NCBI GenBank assembly: GCA_951406725.2
Contig: OX597827.1
Coordinates: forward strand, 27,218,001-27,282,000
Origin: Octopus vulgaris
Lineage: Eukaryota
DNA length: 64,000 nt
Reading direction: 5' to 3'
Position numbers and translations under genes: made by a program. The notes below the pieces were generated by a model, which made no database searches, was not told where the DNA came from, and was given only the letters and a program-made list of their open reading frames with translations. How positions within the stretch are numbered: the first letter of the stretch is position 1; every line of letters begins with the position of its first letter. This document shows, piece by piece, positions 29,488 to 42,744 of the stretch.

Positions 29488-29669
29488 CGTCGTGTTGGTG
29501 GCTGTAGTAGTAATAGTAGTAGTAGTAGTAGTAGTAGTAATAGTGGTGATTGTGGTTGTAGTAGTAGTGGTGGTGGTTGTAGTGGTAGTAATTGTAGCAG
29601 TGGTGGTGGTGGTGGGTAGTAGTAGTAGTAGTATTAGTAGTAGTAGTAGTAGTAGTTAGTTGTTGTTGT

Positions 29670-29716
<47 letters not shown>

Positions 29717-29988
29717 TAGTAGTAGTAGTTATTGTACTTGTTATTGTCCTATAGTAGTGTAGTTGCTATTACTATTGTTGTTGTTATTTAGACTTACGCC
29801 ATTCCGCAGCCCAGCCCCGTTTGACCTCTGACTTACTGCCAAAGATATTCAAGTCGTGGCCACTCCCTCGTCTGTTCTTAGAGATACGTAAGAACTATAC
29901 CCTCCAAATCTGTCGTTTATCTAACCCTTTACCTGTTCTGTGTACCACATGTGGTTCACAGGACATATCTGCCTGGCGTCCATAGATC

Positions 29989-30176
29989 GTGGCTCTGTGC
30001 TAAAATCCTTGCTTTCCCAACCACATGGTTCCAGGTTCAGTACCACTGCATGGTACCTTGGTCAAGTGTTTTCTACTATAGCCTCGGACCGACTAAAGCC
30101 TTGTGAGTGAATGTGGGAGACCGAAGCTGAAAGACGCCCGTCGTATATATAATATATAATATATATATATATATAT

Positions 30177-30215
<39 letters not shown>

Positions 30216-30530
30216 CATACATACATACATACATACATACATACATACATACATACATACACACACACACGCACATATATTATACTTATATATATATGTG
30301 TCTATGTATGTGTGTATATGTTTGTGTGTCTGTGTTTATCCACCCACCATTGCTTGAAACCGATGCTGGCGTGTTTATGTCTCCATAACTTATCGGTTCG
30401 GCATAAGTAACCGATAGAATAAGTAGTAGGCTTACAAAGAATAAGTCCTGGAGTCGATTTGCTCGACTAAAGGCGGTGCTCCAGTATGGCCTCAGTCAAA
30501 TAACTGAAACATATAAAAGAATACAAGATA
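29989..30530 (+). mobile_element. SINE family A, full length with expanded internal microsatellites
   Basis: Head, core, (TA)/(GATA)/(CATA) tract, tail GACTAAAGGCGGTGCTCCAGTATGG. Confidence 0.9.
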
Positions 30531-31199
30531 CATATTCTCATTCGTTTTCATCTACCAAAAGTCAGCCATGTTTGAGAGAACGTATAAACAGAAGCGTTCC
30601 ACCCTAGACCATCACGAATTACTCTCATGTATTTTTCTTTTTTTTCTGCGTGTCACCAAAATGTTCCGCTAGGGACTTACGTAAGAAAACTCTGTATTAC
30701 TTAGAACCAGAGAAACAATGATTATCTACAAGTCTTGAAACGAGCATGGGCGATTAAGACAAATTTATGAAAATGCTTTGGACAGACAAAGAATTTAATG
30801 TCACCGATCTGCTCACTCTAAAGACACATTTTGTATCATATAATTCACCAAGGTCACACTAAAATTGCCTCTTCCAACAGAACTACTTAACACTTTACTT
30901 ACCTTGTCTATGTCATGTAATAAACAAGACATGTTACCATGGTGTCTATGCTTCATCTATGATACACATTCGCATTTTTTTTCAACCTCTCGAGTAACTT
31001 GACACTTATGGAAGAAAATCTTTATATTACTCAGGACATAAAAAAGAAACGGCTTACAAAGATCTGAAAACGTATATGGAAGATTAGGATAAATTTATGA
31101 AAATGCTTTCTGTTGGCAAAAATGTTAAACGGTGCCGTGTAATCTAGAGGAGTTCTGAGCGTTTTTTCCTTTTAATCGAAGCATCATCCAATCTGGCTG

Positions 31200-31645
31200 A
31201 TTGCCTGAGCCAGCCTGACTACATCTCTCTATCCCTCAAGATCTTCCATTGGTGCTTTTAGGTCTTCAACTTAGCATCAAACATCTGCAAGCTGTTATAT
31301 GTATGTCTTCCGTGGTCTTCCAGCCGCTGTGATACCATGATCTGGTGTCCACAACAACATATTATTCACAAGTTCTTCTTTACTTCTCCAGCAATGGCCA
31401 GCAAACCTTAATCTCCGCTCTTAGTTGGTTGATGAGAAAGTTGGTACATTCCCATATAACCGTTGTTTTGTTGCGTACCGCCATCCAAGAGATATTGAGC
31501 ACTACACGTAACATTCTGGTGCAGGCACTGTCCAGCGTGCACCTAAGTCTTTTGATGAGAGACCAAGTCGGAGATCCATAGACAAGCACAGATTCAGCAA
31601 CTGCTCTGAAGAACTGTCTCTTCAATTTATCTGGTAGAATTCGAC
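31200..31645 (-). pseudogene. RTE-clade LINE, 3' end of ORF, decayed
   Basis: KLKRQFFRAVAESVLVYGSPTWSL..LDSACTRMLRVVLNISW matches the RTE post-RT motif (ESVLLYGSETW...RMLR..L.ISW); frameshifts downstream. Confidence 0.85.
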
Positions 31646-31862
31646 AAGTCAGCAACAGAACCAAAATGGAAAATTGCCAGATGCAAGCATTCCGTTAAAG
31701 TATCGACTTTCAATGTAAGAACATTGGCTGCTACTTCTGGAAATTAGACCGATCTCATCTATGCAGTGTTTCCTTAGCCTTGCGCTAAATTTAATTTCGG
31801 GGCTGCTGGGAAAAAGAAGGCAAATGTTGTATCGGTTTAAGGCTTAAAAATAAAGAAAGAAA

Positions 31863-31900
31863 GTCTTAAACGTTTCGAACGGGTGTCCTTCATCAGAAAA
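31863..31900 (-). ncRNA. Minimal hammerhead motif with canonical core
   Basis: Reverse complement reads CTGATGA-A-GGAC(ACCC)GTTC-GAAAC-GTT-TAAGAC. Stem I is weak. Confidence 0.6.
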
Positions 31901-32120
31901 AAATACAAAGGAAAAAAGATGGTTGGAAAAAAGGAGGAGCCAGGTGATGTATATGTTTGTCCATAATATTCGTTTGGGACATTAGCTCACCTTTCCATCA
32001 AATCGCTGAACAACGTGAGATGAAGTGTTTTGCTCAAAAACACAAAGCACCATCCGCTCTAGGAATAGAAACCACGATCACGCGATCGTACGTGCAACAC
32101 TATAACGACTAGGCCATGCC

Positions 32121-32158
<38 letters not shown>

Positions 32159-32271
32159 ATGGGTTCTGTCTACTAAATCTCACTCATGGTTTTGGTTAAC
32201 TCGAAGAAGATATTTGCCATGACTTAAAATGTATATATATATATACATATATATATGTATGTATGTATATG

Positions 32272-32333
<62 letters not shown>

Positions 32334-32366
32334 AGTTAAGCGCAAGCGTTATTCACATCTTTATAC

Positions 32367-32452
32367 TTCCGACATATGTTTCGAAGAAAACATTGGTATT
32401 ATTCCAGAAAGAATAAAATGATGTAAAACAATGCAATCTTCACATCAGGGAA
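32367..32452 (-). ncRNA. Hammerhead-like motif with extended stem II
   Basis: Reverse complement reads TTCC-CTGATGT-GAAGA...TCTTC-GAAAC-ATAT-GTC-GGAA. GUC site, palindromic stem III; (TA)n about 35 nt downstream. Confidence 0.6.
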
Positions 32453-32626
32453 AAAAGAGAGAAACAAAACCCATCAATGAGACATTTTAACAAAATCATT
32501 TAACTAAAACCTGGAATTTGTACCTTTATAAGTAGGTTGTTACATCCTTGGTACTTAAGTGAATTATTGCTACCCTATTAATTATTTATTATTTTTATTT
32601 TCGTGTTATTTGTACACATTGAAAAA

Positions 32627-32806
32627 GGTGCGGGAGTTGCTGTGTGGTAAGCAGCTTCCTTATCAACCACATGGTTCCGGGTTCAATCCCAATGCGTGGC
32701 ACTTTTGCCAAATGTCTTCTACTATAGCCTCGTGCCGACCAAAGCCATGTGAGTGGATTTGGTAGGCGGAAACTGAAAGAAGCCCGTTGTAGTTATATTT
32801 ATATAT

Positions 32807-32839
<33 letters not shown>

Positions 32840-33118
32840 TGCGCGCGTGTGTGTGTGTGTGTGTGTGTGTATGAGTGTGTGTGCGTGCGTGTGTGCATGC
32901 GTGTTTGTGTGTCTGTGTTTGTCCACACACACCCCAACATCGTTTCACAACCGATGCTGGTATGTAACTTATCGGTTCGGCAAGGTAGACCGATAGAATA
33001 AGTGCTCGGCTGAGAAATAAGTCCTGGAGACGGTTTGCTCGACTAAAGGCGATGCTCCAGCATGGCCGCATCCAAATAACTGAAACAAGTAAAGGAATAA
33101 AAGAAAAAAGGAAAGAAT
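32627..33118 (+). mobile_element. SINE family A, full length
   Basis: Head, core, (TG)n and tail all present. Confidence 0.9.
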
Positions 33119-33150
33119 ATATATATACATACATACATACATACACATAT

Positions 33151-33418
33151 AAAGGGTAAAGACCCCCTTCGGTCATGAATAACCATGGGATTGCACCTAG
33201 AAAGTTACCCTCCTAGACACAAGTCCGGGCAAGGTTGTTTTATGGAAGACCAGTAGTCGCCCATGCATACCAGCCTCCCCTCTCCACGCCACCAGTGTTA
33301 TCCAAGGGAAAGACAAAGGTCGATACAGCTTGGAACCAGTGACGTCGCAACTCATTTCTACAGCTGAGTGAACTGGAGCAACGTGAAATAAAGTGCCTTG
33401 CTCAAGAACACAACACGC
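33151..33418 (-). mobile_element. SINE family E (family C-type core, different tail), 5'-truncated
   Basis: Reverse complement reads GTGTTCTTGAGCAAGGCACTTTATTTCACGTTGCTCCAGTTCACTCAGCTG...CATGACCGAAGGGGGTCTTTACCCTTT. Confidence 0.75.
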
Positions 33419-33439
33419 CATACATATATATACACATAC

Positions 33440-33494
<55 letters not shown>

Positions 33495-33691
33495 TATACA
33501 TACATACACACATATATATATATATATACATACATATATAAATATATATATATACATTTATACATATATATATATTTATATACATATATATATACAATAT
33601 ATATATGTATGTATATATGTATATATATATGTTTATATATATATATATTATATATATATATATATATAGAAAAGGATGCGTGCGTTCTGTC

Positions 33692-33883
33692 ATATAATAA
33701 ATAAATAAAACATGCATATATACATACATATATGTACGTACCTACCTCTACATGTATATATACATGCATATATGGGTACAGGACCCATATATGTCCTGTA
33801 CCCGTATATGTATATATACATGTAGAGGTAGGTACGTACATATATGTATGTATATATGCATATGTTTTATTTATTTATTATAT
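33692..33883. repeat. ~190-bp fold-back palindrome within (TA)n
   Basis: GTACGTACCTACCTCTACATG...GGGTACAGGAC / GTCCTGTACCC...CATGTAGAGGTAGGTACGTAC. Confidence 0.95.
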
Positions 33884-33916
33884 ATATATATTTATATATA
33901 TGTATATATATATTTA

Positions 33917-33948
<32 letters not shown>

Positions 33949-34734
33949 GGTCCTGTCTACTAAATGCCACTTATGGTTTTGGTTAAGTCGAAGAAGATAT
34001 TTGCCAAGGTGTTACTCACGACGATGGCAGCATACACCATGAGGCCACGATGAGAACGTCTTAATCACTCATCTCTGCCTGCGTCCGTCCACCTTGTGCC
34101 AAATACAGGAAATCAATATTCTAGATATATACACACTCACATTCAAATATATACACTTTGATCAACCATCGTTTGATGATCAATGGATTGTTTGTTTAAT
34201 TTTCCGATAAGTTTTCTCCAAATTAAAAGATCAAAAAGAATATAATAAAATATATTTAACTAAGTCAACCTCACAATCAATAGAGAATATTTTTTTTGTT
34301 TTCTTTTTGGTGTTTTCTTTTAGTGTTTTTCTTTGATTTTCGTTTTTAATTTTCTCTGATTATATTTCATTTTAAAAATAAAACGACATTTGTCTTGTGT
34401 GTGTGTGTGTAGGTATGCTTGTGTGTGTGCATATGTGTGCGTGTGTGTATGCCTGTGTGGGTATGTTTGTGTGTGTGTATGTTTGCGCATTTGTCTATGT
34501 GTGTGCACGCGCGCATGTGTCTATGTGTGTGCGTGAGTGTAAGTGTGTGTGTCTATGTGTGTGTGCGTGTGTGTGTGCGTGCTTGTGTGCATGCGTGTGT
34601 GTGCGAGCGCGTGTCATTGTGTGTGTGTGTATGTTTGTGTGTGCCTGAGCGTGTGTGTGTGTATGTCTATTTGTGTGTGTGGCTATGTGTGTGCGTGTGT
34701 GCGCGTGTGAGTATGCGTGTGTATGTGTGTGCGT

Positions 34735-34765
<31 letters not shown>

Positions 34766-34784
34766 AGTATGTGTGTGTGTATGT

Positions 34785-35170
34785 AGGCATGGTAGCATGA
34801 GTAAGAAGCTTGCTTTCAAACTATGTCGTTTCTGATTCAGTCCCACTGCGCAGCACCTTGGGCAACTGTCCTACAACAGCCCCGAATCAACCAATGTCTT
34901 GTGAGTGAATCTAGCCGACGGAAACTGTGTGGAAGCCATCGTACCCATGTATACATACGTGTCTGTGTTTACCTCTACCCCCAATGCTTGACAGCCGGTG
35001 TTGGTTTGTTAACATCGCTGTAACGTAGCCGTTCGACAGAAAGATCGACAGAATTAGTGACAGACTTTAAGAAAAACACACCTTAAGTACTCCGGTAGAT
35101 TTGTTCAATTAAAATACGAGAAGATGGTGCCCAGAATGGCTGCAGTCCAATGACGGAAACAAGCAAAAGG
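34785..35170 (+). mobile_element. SINE family A, older copy
   Basis: Decayed head, core and tail. Confidence 0.8.
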
Positions 35171-35840
35171 CAAGGCGTGTGTGTGTGTGTGTGTGTGTGC
35201 TGATTATTTCCAAGAAATTCTAAAAACAACTAGCTTGATATGATTTTAAATATACTATGGTATTTTACAGCGTAAATTGAAGCTTGCCACCTCGACTGAG
35301 CATTAACAATTCTAACAAGAAGCTACGATTCTTCAGATAAACAAAAAACAAAAAAAAAAACTCTGAATATGTTAGATAAGGACGCACACACTAAACTCTT
35401 AATGAACAGTAGCTTACGAAATTACAGGAGAGATAGCACAAACACATATAATAACGATAACCTTAGCCACGAATCGAAAGCGAAACATACGTTACGCTTA
35501 AAGAGCACAATAGAACTTTGACACAAATCTCGACTGCAGGCTACGAGTGAGCTTGAGAAAATCAGCTAACATGTATTGAATTGTATAATGATAAAATTGC
35601 AAATGTCACTGGATTGCGACAATTGAATTGCACCAGAGCGATTGTTAACTAGTTTAGGACCCTTGCTCACATAAAATGGATGTAAATTCACTCAGTTCGA
35701 TTATATCGAATTTTACCCACCAATTTCCAAGCCCTTCAACGCACAGGCCCGGGAATTTGGAATGACATGTTGCCATATTTATGGCAATGTCCTTATATCA
35801 GTGTACACCAGGATATATAAGCATGACAGAAGATGAAGGC

Positions 35841-35878
<38 letters not shown>

Positions 35879-36115
35879 TTGCTATTATGCAAAAGTGTCG
35901 TAGGTCCAACACTTTGCGTTTTCAGAAGACGAAAACTAGTTTCACCATTCTGTAGCAAAACCGTTGCACTACACTTTGGCAATTTTTGATATCTTGGCAT
36001 CTGTAGTACCTGGAGATACGATAGTTTGACCAAAAGAACCGGCTATTGCAAGCAAAAATAAATATTGAGAAAAATGCATTTGATCAAATTTGAACATAAG
36101 ACAGTTTAACATAAT

Positions 36116-36149
<34 letters not shown>

Positions 36150-36151
36150 TC

Positions 36152-36535
36152 GTGGCACTCCGTCGGTTACGACGACGAGGGTTCCAGTCGATCCGATCAA
36201 CGGAACAGCCTGCTCGTGAAATCAACCTGCAAGTAGCTGAGCACTCCGCAAACACATGTACCCTTAACGTAGTTCTCAGGGGAAATTCGGTGTGGCACAG
36301 AGTGTGACAAGGCTGGCCCTTTGAAATGATATAGGTACAACAGAAACAGTAAGAAAGAGTGAGAGAAAGTTGTGGTGAAAGAGTACAGCAGGGTTCGCCA
36401 CAATCCCCTGCCGGGGCCTCGTGGAGCTTTAGATGCTTTCGCTCAATAAACACTCACAATGCCCGGTCTGGGAATCGAATTTGCGATCCTACGACCGCGT
36501 GTCCGCTACCCTAACTACTGGGCCATTGCGCCTCC
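36152..36535 (-). mobile_element. SINE family D, full length
   Basis: tRNA-like head GGAGGCGCAATGGCCCAGTAGTTAGGG...GATTCCC, with the 3' half shared with family C. Confidence 0.9.
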
Positions 36536-36561
36536 ATATACATATACATACATACATACAT

Positions 36562-36661
<100 letters not shown>

Positions 36662-36669
36662 TTAATACA

Positions 36670-36895
36670 CACACGTGTATCTTTGTGTTTGTCCCCCACC
36701 CATCACCGCTTGACAACCGGTGCTGGTTTGTTTATGCCTCCATAACTTGACGGCTCGGTAAAAGTAAGCGATATAATAACTACCAGAGTTTTTTTTTTTT
36801 AAGTACCGAGGTCGATGCGTACGACTATAATTCTTCAAAACAGTGCTCCAGCATGGCCGCAACCTAATGACTGAAACAAGCAAAAGATTAAATAA
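36670..36895 (+). mobile_element. SINE family A, 3' half
   Basis: TTTGTCCCCC...CGCTTGACAACCGG...GCTCCAGCATGGCCGCA...GACTGAAACAAG. Confidence 0.85.
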
Positions 36896-36940
36896 AACGA
36901 TGAAAGGTCCTCGTACACATATACGAACTCACCATACATG

Positions 36941-36976
<36 letters not shown>

Positions 36977-37411
36977 AGCAAAGACTTAAGATTTTGTTTA
37001 GGGCATTATCAAACTTGTGTGTGTACATTTATTGGTGCGTGTGTTGGTGTATGTGTTTGCGTGAGCGCTGCCTGACCCGGTGACCTCTCACTACTCGTTG
37101 CCCACTACCACATCCGAGATAAGTAGCTCTAAATGGACAGATACTTAAATAGATGACCACTTCACAAATGAGATAAGGATAAATGTGTTTCTATTGAATT
37201 CAAAAACTGGCTTTTATTCTTCCTTTCCTTGTCTTTTTCTTCTTTTTACCTGCTCGCTCATTGTTTAAGGGACTTCTTTAGCTTCACTGTTTGTCAGATG
37301 TAAATCTCACTTACTTGCTTTTCCCTACCTGGCCGAAAGCAGGAGGCATACATATTTCTTTACAATACCTCCCAGATGTACTTTAGTGTCGGTTTTTGTG
37401 ACTGAAACATT

Positions 37412-37481
<70 letters not shown>

Positions 37482-37877
37482 ATAAACTTGTAACGATGAC
37501 ATCGAACCAGCCAATCAGGGAAGATCAGGTGCTATAAACCCAATCATAGACCAACCTTCAACCACGTAGCGACAACAAAACTGAAATTAAGGAAATGTTC
37601 AGACATGGCCGCAACTTACAACTGATATCATTAAAAAGAGAAAGAAAAAAAATAAAGAACTGCAAATTATCATGTGCCTTCCACGAAGTTAATTGAGTTG
37701 CTGCTGTTTCTAACACTACGAATTCAAATTCCGCCGAGGATGACTTTGCATTCCATCCTGGTTTAGGGTTACGGACCGTCCTCACAGTGAGACCATGGTA
37801 ATCCCATCATTCGTTTAGATATAGCTTTTTACATTTCTACTCAGAAAACTGAATCCTTAGTTTTGCAAAATTATTTA

Positions 37878-37948
37878 TATTTGCTTCGGCAATACATAAA
37901 TACATATACTAAAGTTGGAACGATACAGAGGTAGTTAGTATGGCCCCT
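37878..37948 (+). pseudogene. U6: 3'-truncated U6 snRNA copy
   Basis: TTGCTTCGGCA..ACATATACTAAAGTTGGAACGATACAGAGGTAGTTAGTATGGCCCCTG matches the first ~65 nt of U6. It carries an 8-nt internal duplication and substitutions next to the ACAGAG box. Confidence 0.9.
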
Positions 37949-38119
37949 GGGATCTTTTCTAAAAGATGGACAGATCATCAGCTGGCGGGCCGCCCTACTA
38001 AAAGCAGATTATGCGTATGTTATATTCCTCGTGAAATTAGACGTACTGTTCGGAATATTCCATGGGGCGCAGCTTGCCCATATCTGGTTGAGTGGGGAAA
38101 ATAACTCAGAAAGGACATA

Positions 38120-38504
38120 CACTAATACCTCGCAATACGAGTTTAATTCGTTCTATGACCGAGTTCGTCTTACGATTTACTCGTTTTACAAATCAATTTT
38201 TCCCATTGAAATTAACTAAAATATAATTAATCCTTTCCTACCCCACAAAACTACCCCAAAACAATTTTTTATGGGTTTTGAAAGAGAAAAGGTGTAGTTA
38301 CAAGTAAAATGGCAATTATAAAAAAGAGAATGCAAAAGAAATATGTCAACAGGTTTTATTAACTGAATTACCTTAAAGATGGAACGATTTGTGTGCTCGT
38401 ACTGCGGATTTCTGCTCGTTCTTCACGACAAAAATTCGTACGAGTCTCGGTTCGAACAGCAAATTACTCGTACAATGGGGCACTCGTACTGCGAGGTTCA
38501 ACTG
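38120..38504. mobile_element. Tigger/pogo-like MITE
   Basis: Imperfect TIRs: TA+CACTAATACCTCGCAATACGAGT on the left and ACTCGTACTGCGAGGTTCAACTG on the right; subterminal CTCGT repeats. Confidence 0.75.
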
Positions 38505-38946
38505 AATTTATAATGTGCCGCCATCTGTAAAAGTGTGTGGTCATCAATAGAAGGATCGAATCACCAAACTTGAGGATCAAATCCATACCGAGGTTTTACG
38601 TACATTCAAATAAAACATCCAAGTGCAACGATGATAGAAAGAGACTACTTCATTGGCACAAATCTCCTGTCCTACTTACCTACATAAGATATTGGATCTA
38701 CGCACACACTTTAAACTGACTCTGTACACATTTTTCACACAAGCCTGTTTTGTATCCCAGAATGCTTCGCTTTTGCATGGAACCTATAAACATTAGACGT
38801 CACCACGCATACATGTGAATACACACACACACACACACACACACAAATATATAATATACATATTTGTATACATACATAAATACATTCATACATATAAATA
38901 TATTCGTGCGAATATTTTGCTTTCGCTTTCTTTCTCTTTCCTGTCG

Positions 38947-39004
<58 letters not shown>

Positions 39005-39509
39005 TCTCTCTCCTCAAACAATGCGTTATGGTATGTCAGTCTACGAGGTTCTTCCTCAAGAAACCGGGTTTAGAGTTTCCAGCCAGCACAACTATCAACA
39101 CCCACCACCACAATCGTAACCAACACTATTACCACCATCACCACCACCTCTACTACCACTTAAGCTTTAGCACAGCTACAACCACCACCACCACCACCAC
39201 CACTACCACCGTTACAAGTAGTAATTTGGCCTTGCATATTACAATGTCTTCTTTCTCTTGTTTTTCCGCCACATCCCACCAATGCCACAAGTCAATAACA
39301 CCACCCTCACCACCATCACCATCGCTTGTATTACAACCACGACCCCCCCGCAGCCCGGTCACTTAATTCTCACCCTCCACCGTCAAAACAAAATTATGTT
39401 GTTGAGTTTTAACCAGAAAACTCATTTAACATTTAAACAACAAAATCTATATTTAACCATGAACGTGTTGTAAGCAATCCATCTATCTGTCTATCTATCT
39501 GCCTGCCTG

Positions 39510-39630
<121 letters not shown>

Positions 39631-39770
39631 AAAAATATATATAAAAATACAAAATGGGACAAGAACGCAAAACATTCAAATAGACGATACAAAAAACGGA
39701 CGGGTCATTCGAAGCCTCTAATCTTCAGTCAAGAACCGGATCATCCTCTCAATTTCGGCTGACTATCTAT

Positions 39771-39833
<63 letters not shown>

Positions 39834-39882
39834 CCTGTCAGTCTATCTGTTTAGCTATCTATCTATCTGTCTGTCTTATGTG

Positions 39883-39929
<47 letters not shown>

Positions 39930-40158
39930 ATCTATCTATCTATCTACCCGTCCGTCTGTCAGTCTGTCTGTCTATTTGTCTATCTATCTGTCTGTCTGCA
40001 TATGTGTTTGCAGTTTATAAATATACATATCTACAATTATATTAGTTTTTATATACTCGAATTTGGACCTTCCTAAATTTCTTTGCTCATGACGAAAATC
40101 GCATTCATTTGTTTTCCCCTAGAAATTGATAATAATGAAGTTTGTTTTCGTAACTGAC

Positions 40159-40391
40159 CTGCAAGATTCTTGATGGAAATTCCTGTGTTGAAACAAATCT
40201 TGTCTTGGAAAAATCATTACACCAAAAGTAATTACACAAACCAGTGCGTATGTTATTATCATTATTGGCATAATGACCCTCCCAAGACAACAAAATATTA
40301 CAGACGTTAAAATCAATTGAAGTTAGGTATTTTTCACAAACACCGGAACGCGAAACGTCTCATGACCGCTGGTTCGTGAGATGGTTGTGAT
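40159..40391 (-). CDS. Candidate first coding exon of a minus-strand gene (hydrophobic N-terminus)
   Basis: Acceptor CTTCTTTTTTACAG| at 40391 and donor CAG|GTCAGT at 40159. ATG at 40271 gives MPIMIITYALVCVITFGVMIFPRQDLFQHRNFHQESC. No homology recognised. Confidence 0.3.
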
Positions 40392-41754
40392 CTGTAAAAA
40401 AGAAGTATGATTTCGTAAAACGGAAGAGAAGAATAACACGCAATACGCATGACAAAATAAAACAGAAGAGAGGAATAAAACAAGTTATATGATGGTCTGC
40501 ATGCCCCGACTAACACCACTATCACGCAGCCTTGCTGCAACTTTGTTGTTAACCAATCGAAAGCGTTGATTGTCAATATGGCGTCGGTCGGAACTGTCTG
40601 TTGTTATGAGAATCAGCAAAGCCAAAGATAAGACAATAAGGATGAAACTGTTACGTGGTTTCTTGAACTCCTAGAAGCAGCAACCAAATCATCCTTAAAC
40701 GACACAATAACGTCTAAGAAAAACAGAAAGGATGGCTTTCAGACGTAGTAGGGAGTATTTTGTTTCTATTTCTTGCAACTCGACAGACCACATAGATGTT
40801 TCGTGTATGCTGTTCTGATGGGGACAAACAGTCACGACTTCCGGTGTATCCGGCAATGTAGGCTGCCGCTTGATATAATTTTAACTGCTTGTAACTTCTG
40901 TATTTTTAATTTTTAGAAAAGATGAATGCGATTTATGATATTAACATGCAAAACTACATAAGAAGTTTGTGTGTGCGCGCGCGTATGTGCATGTGTATGA
41001 ATATGTGTGTGTGCGTATGTACATGTGTATGAACGTGCGTGTGTGTGTGCGCGCGCTTATGTGATTGTGTATGAACGTGTGTGTGTGTGTGTGTGTCCTC
41101 CCGCCATTCATTGACAACAGATGTTGGTGTGTTTACGTCCGTGTAACTTAGCGGTTCAGCAGAATAAGTACTAGACTTACAAAGAACAAATCCTGGGGCT
41201 GACTTCTTCGTCTACAACTTTCCGATGTGGTGCTCCAGCATGGCCGCAGTCAAATGACTGAAGGAATAAAAAAATATATTCTTCTGACCTCCTTCATGTT
41301 CTCTCTACCCCCCCTCTCTCTTGGTTTCACGCCGTCTGTCTTCTTTTAAATTTTGTCACACGCTTTCACTCTCCCTCCTCTTCCCTCTCTCTCTCTCCCC
41401 GTCTTTTTCTTCCCTCGCCAATGGAAATATTTTCGTTTTATTTACTTTGCTCGTCTTTCACTCCGTATCCCTGCCCTGCCCCCCTCCCCACCGCGACCAC
41501 CAGTTCCACTCTGTCCCTTCCCCCCCACCTCGTCAACCCCTCTCTGCTCTCGTCAAATATCTTTTGCTCCACCGGATATGAATGGTCTGCCTTTCCTTTT
41601 AAACAAAATCCTCCTCAATGTATTATAGCATCTCCCCTTCCCATCAGTCGTTTCCTACGTGGTCGCTCGATCTGCTAGAAATGGAAGCTAGGCCTTCTTC
41701 AAATCACATCCTACCAACTGAAAGAGAGGGGAAAAGAAAAGGATCACTTTTATC

Positions 41755-41957
41755 GCTTATTTGTTTCAATCTCTGGAATGCGTCCAAGCTGGGGCACCGC
41801 CTTGAAGGTTTTTTCGTTGAACAAATCGACCGCAGTTCTTACGTTTTTAAGGACTGGTACTGTATTGGTGTGTTTGGTCGAACCGCTAAGATACGGGGAC
41901 GGAAACGAACGAACATCGGTTGTCAAGCGATGGTGCAGAACAAACACAAACAGAAAA

Positions 41958-41992
<35 letters not shown>

Positions 41993-42140
41993 ACGGGCTT
42001 CTTTCGGTTTCCGCCAACGAAATCCACTCACGAAATCCACTCAAGTCTTTGGTCGGCCGAAGGTGCCACGCAGTGGGACTGAACCCCGAACTATGTGGCT
42101 GGAAAGTAATCTTCTTAACACATAGCTATGACTGCGCCTG
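41755..42140 (-). mobile_element. SINE family A
   Basis: Reverse complement has head, core and tail. Confidence 0.85.
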
Positions 42141-42744
42141 CACTGTATATATATTTATATATATATATAAAGTGATAGTCACGGTAGGATTCCTCAACTA
42201 AGGATTGGCTGAAGTTTAAACAACAAAAATAACAAGACCAACAACCTCTTTCAACGGGACTTCCTGCTTCTATCGTATTTCTTCGCAGCTAATATTTCCT
42301 CCCCTTCTTCTTACTTTCTCCTCCAACTGTTTACCTCTAACTACTCCCCTTGCTACTCTCTTTTTCTTTCTTGTTGTTCCCCCTCCCCACCTAATCCAAC
42401 TTCAGATCTTATCCTCTCTTTCTGCTTAACTCTTCCTTCCCTCCCTCCACTTCATTCGTTGTACACGTACAAACGCAACAATCTTCTTCCTTCTCTCTGT
42501 CTCTCTCTCTCTCTCTCCTTTCAATGACAGTGGAGCACTATTATGAAGAAATTTTACGTTTTTTTTTTTTACTCAAACGTGGTACTTATCCCATCGTTCT
42601 CGTTTGTCGAACCGCTACATTAGTTTTATCAAGCGGTAGAAGGAGCCAAGCACAGGACACAAAGTCCACGAAAACCATGTGACTGGAAAGTGAATTTCTT
42701 ACCACACAGCCACACCTGCGCCGCATATGTACATAGGTATGTCT

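Noticed and set aside
37300-37402. Minus-strand exon candidate continuing the 40159 exon
   Set aside because: Splicing in the required phase gives an immediate stop (AGT CAC AAA AAC CGA CAC TAA).
37505-37545. CCAAT plus TATAAA promoter-like pair (and GC box plus TATAAA at about 29350-29392)
   Set aside because: Short motifs expected by chance, with no downstream exon evidence.
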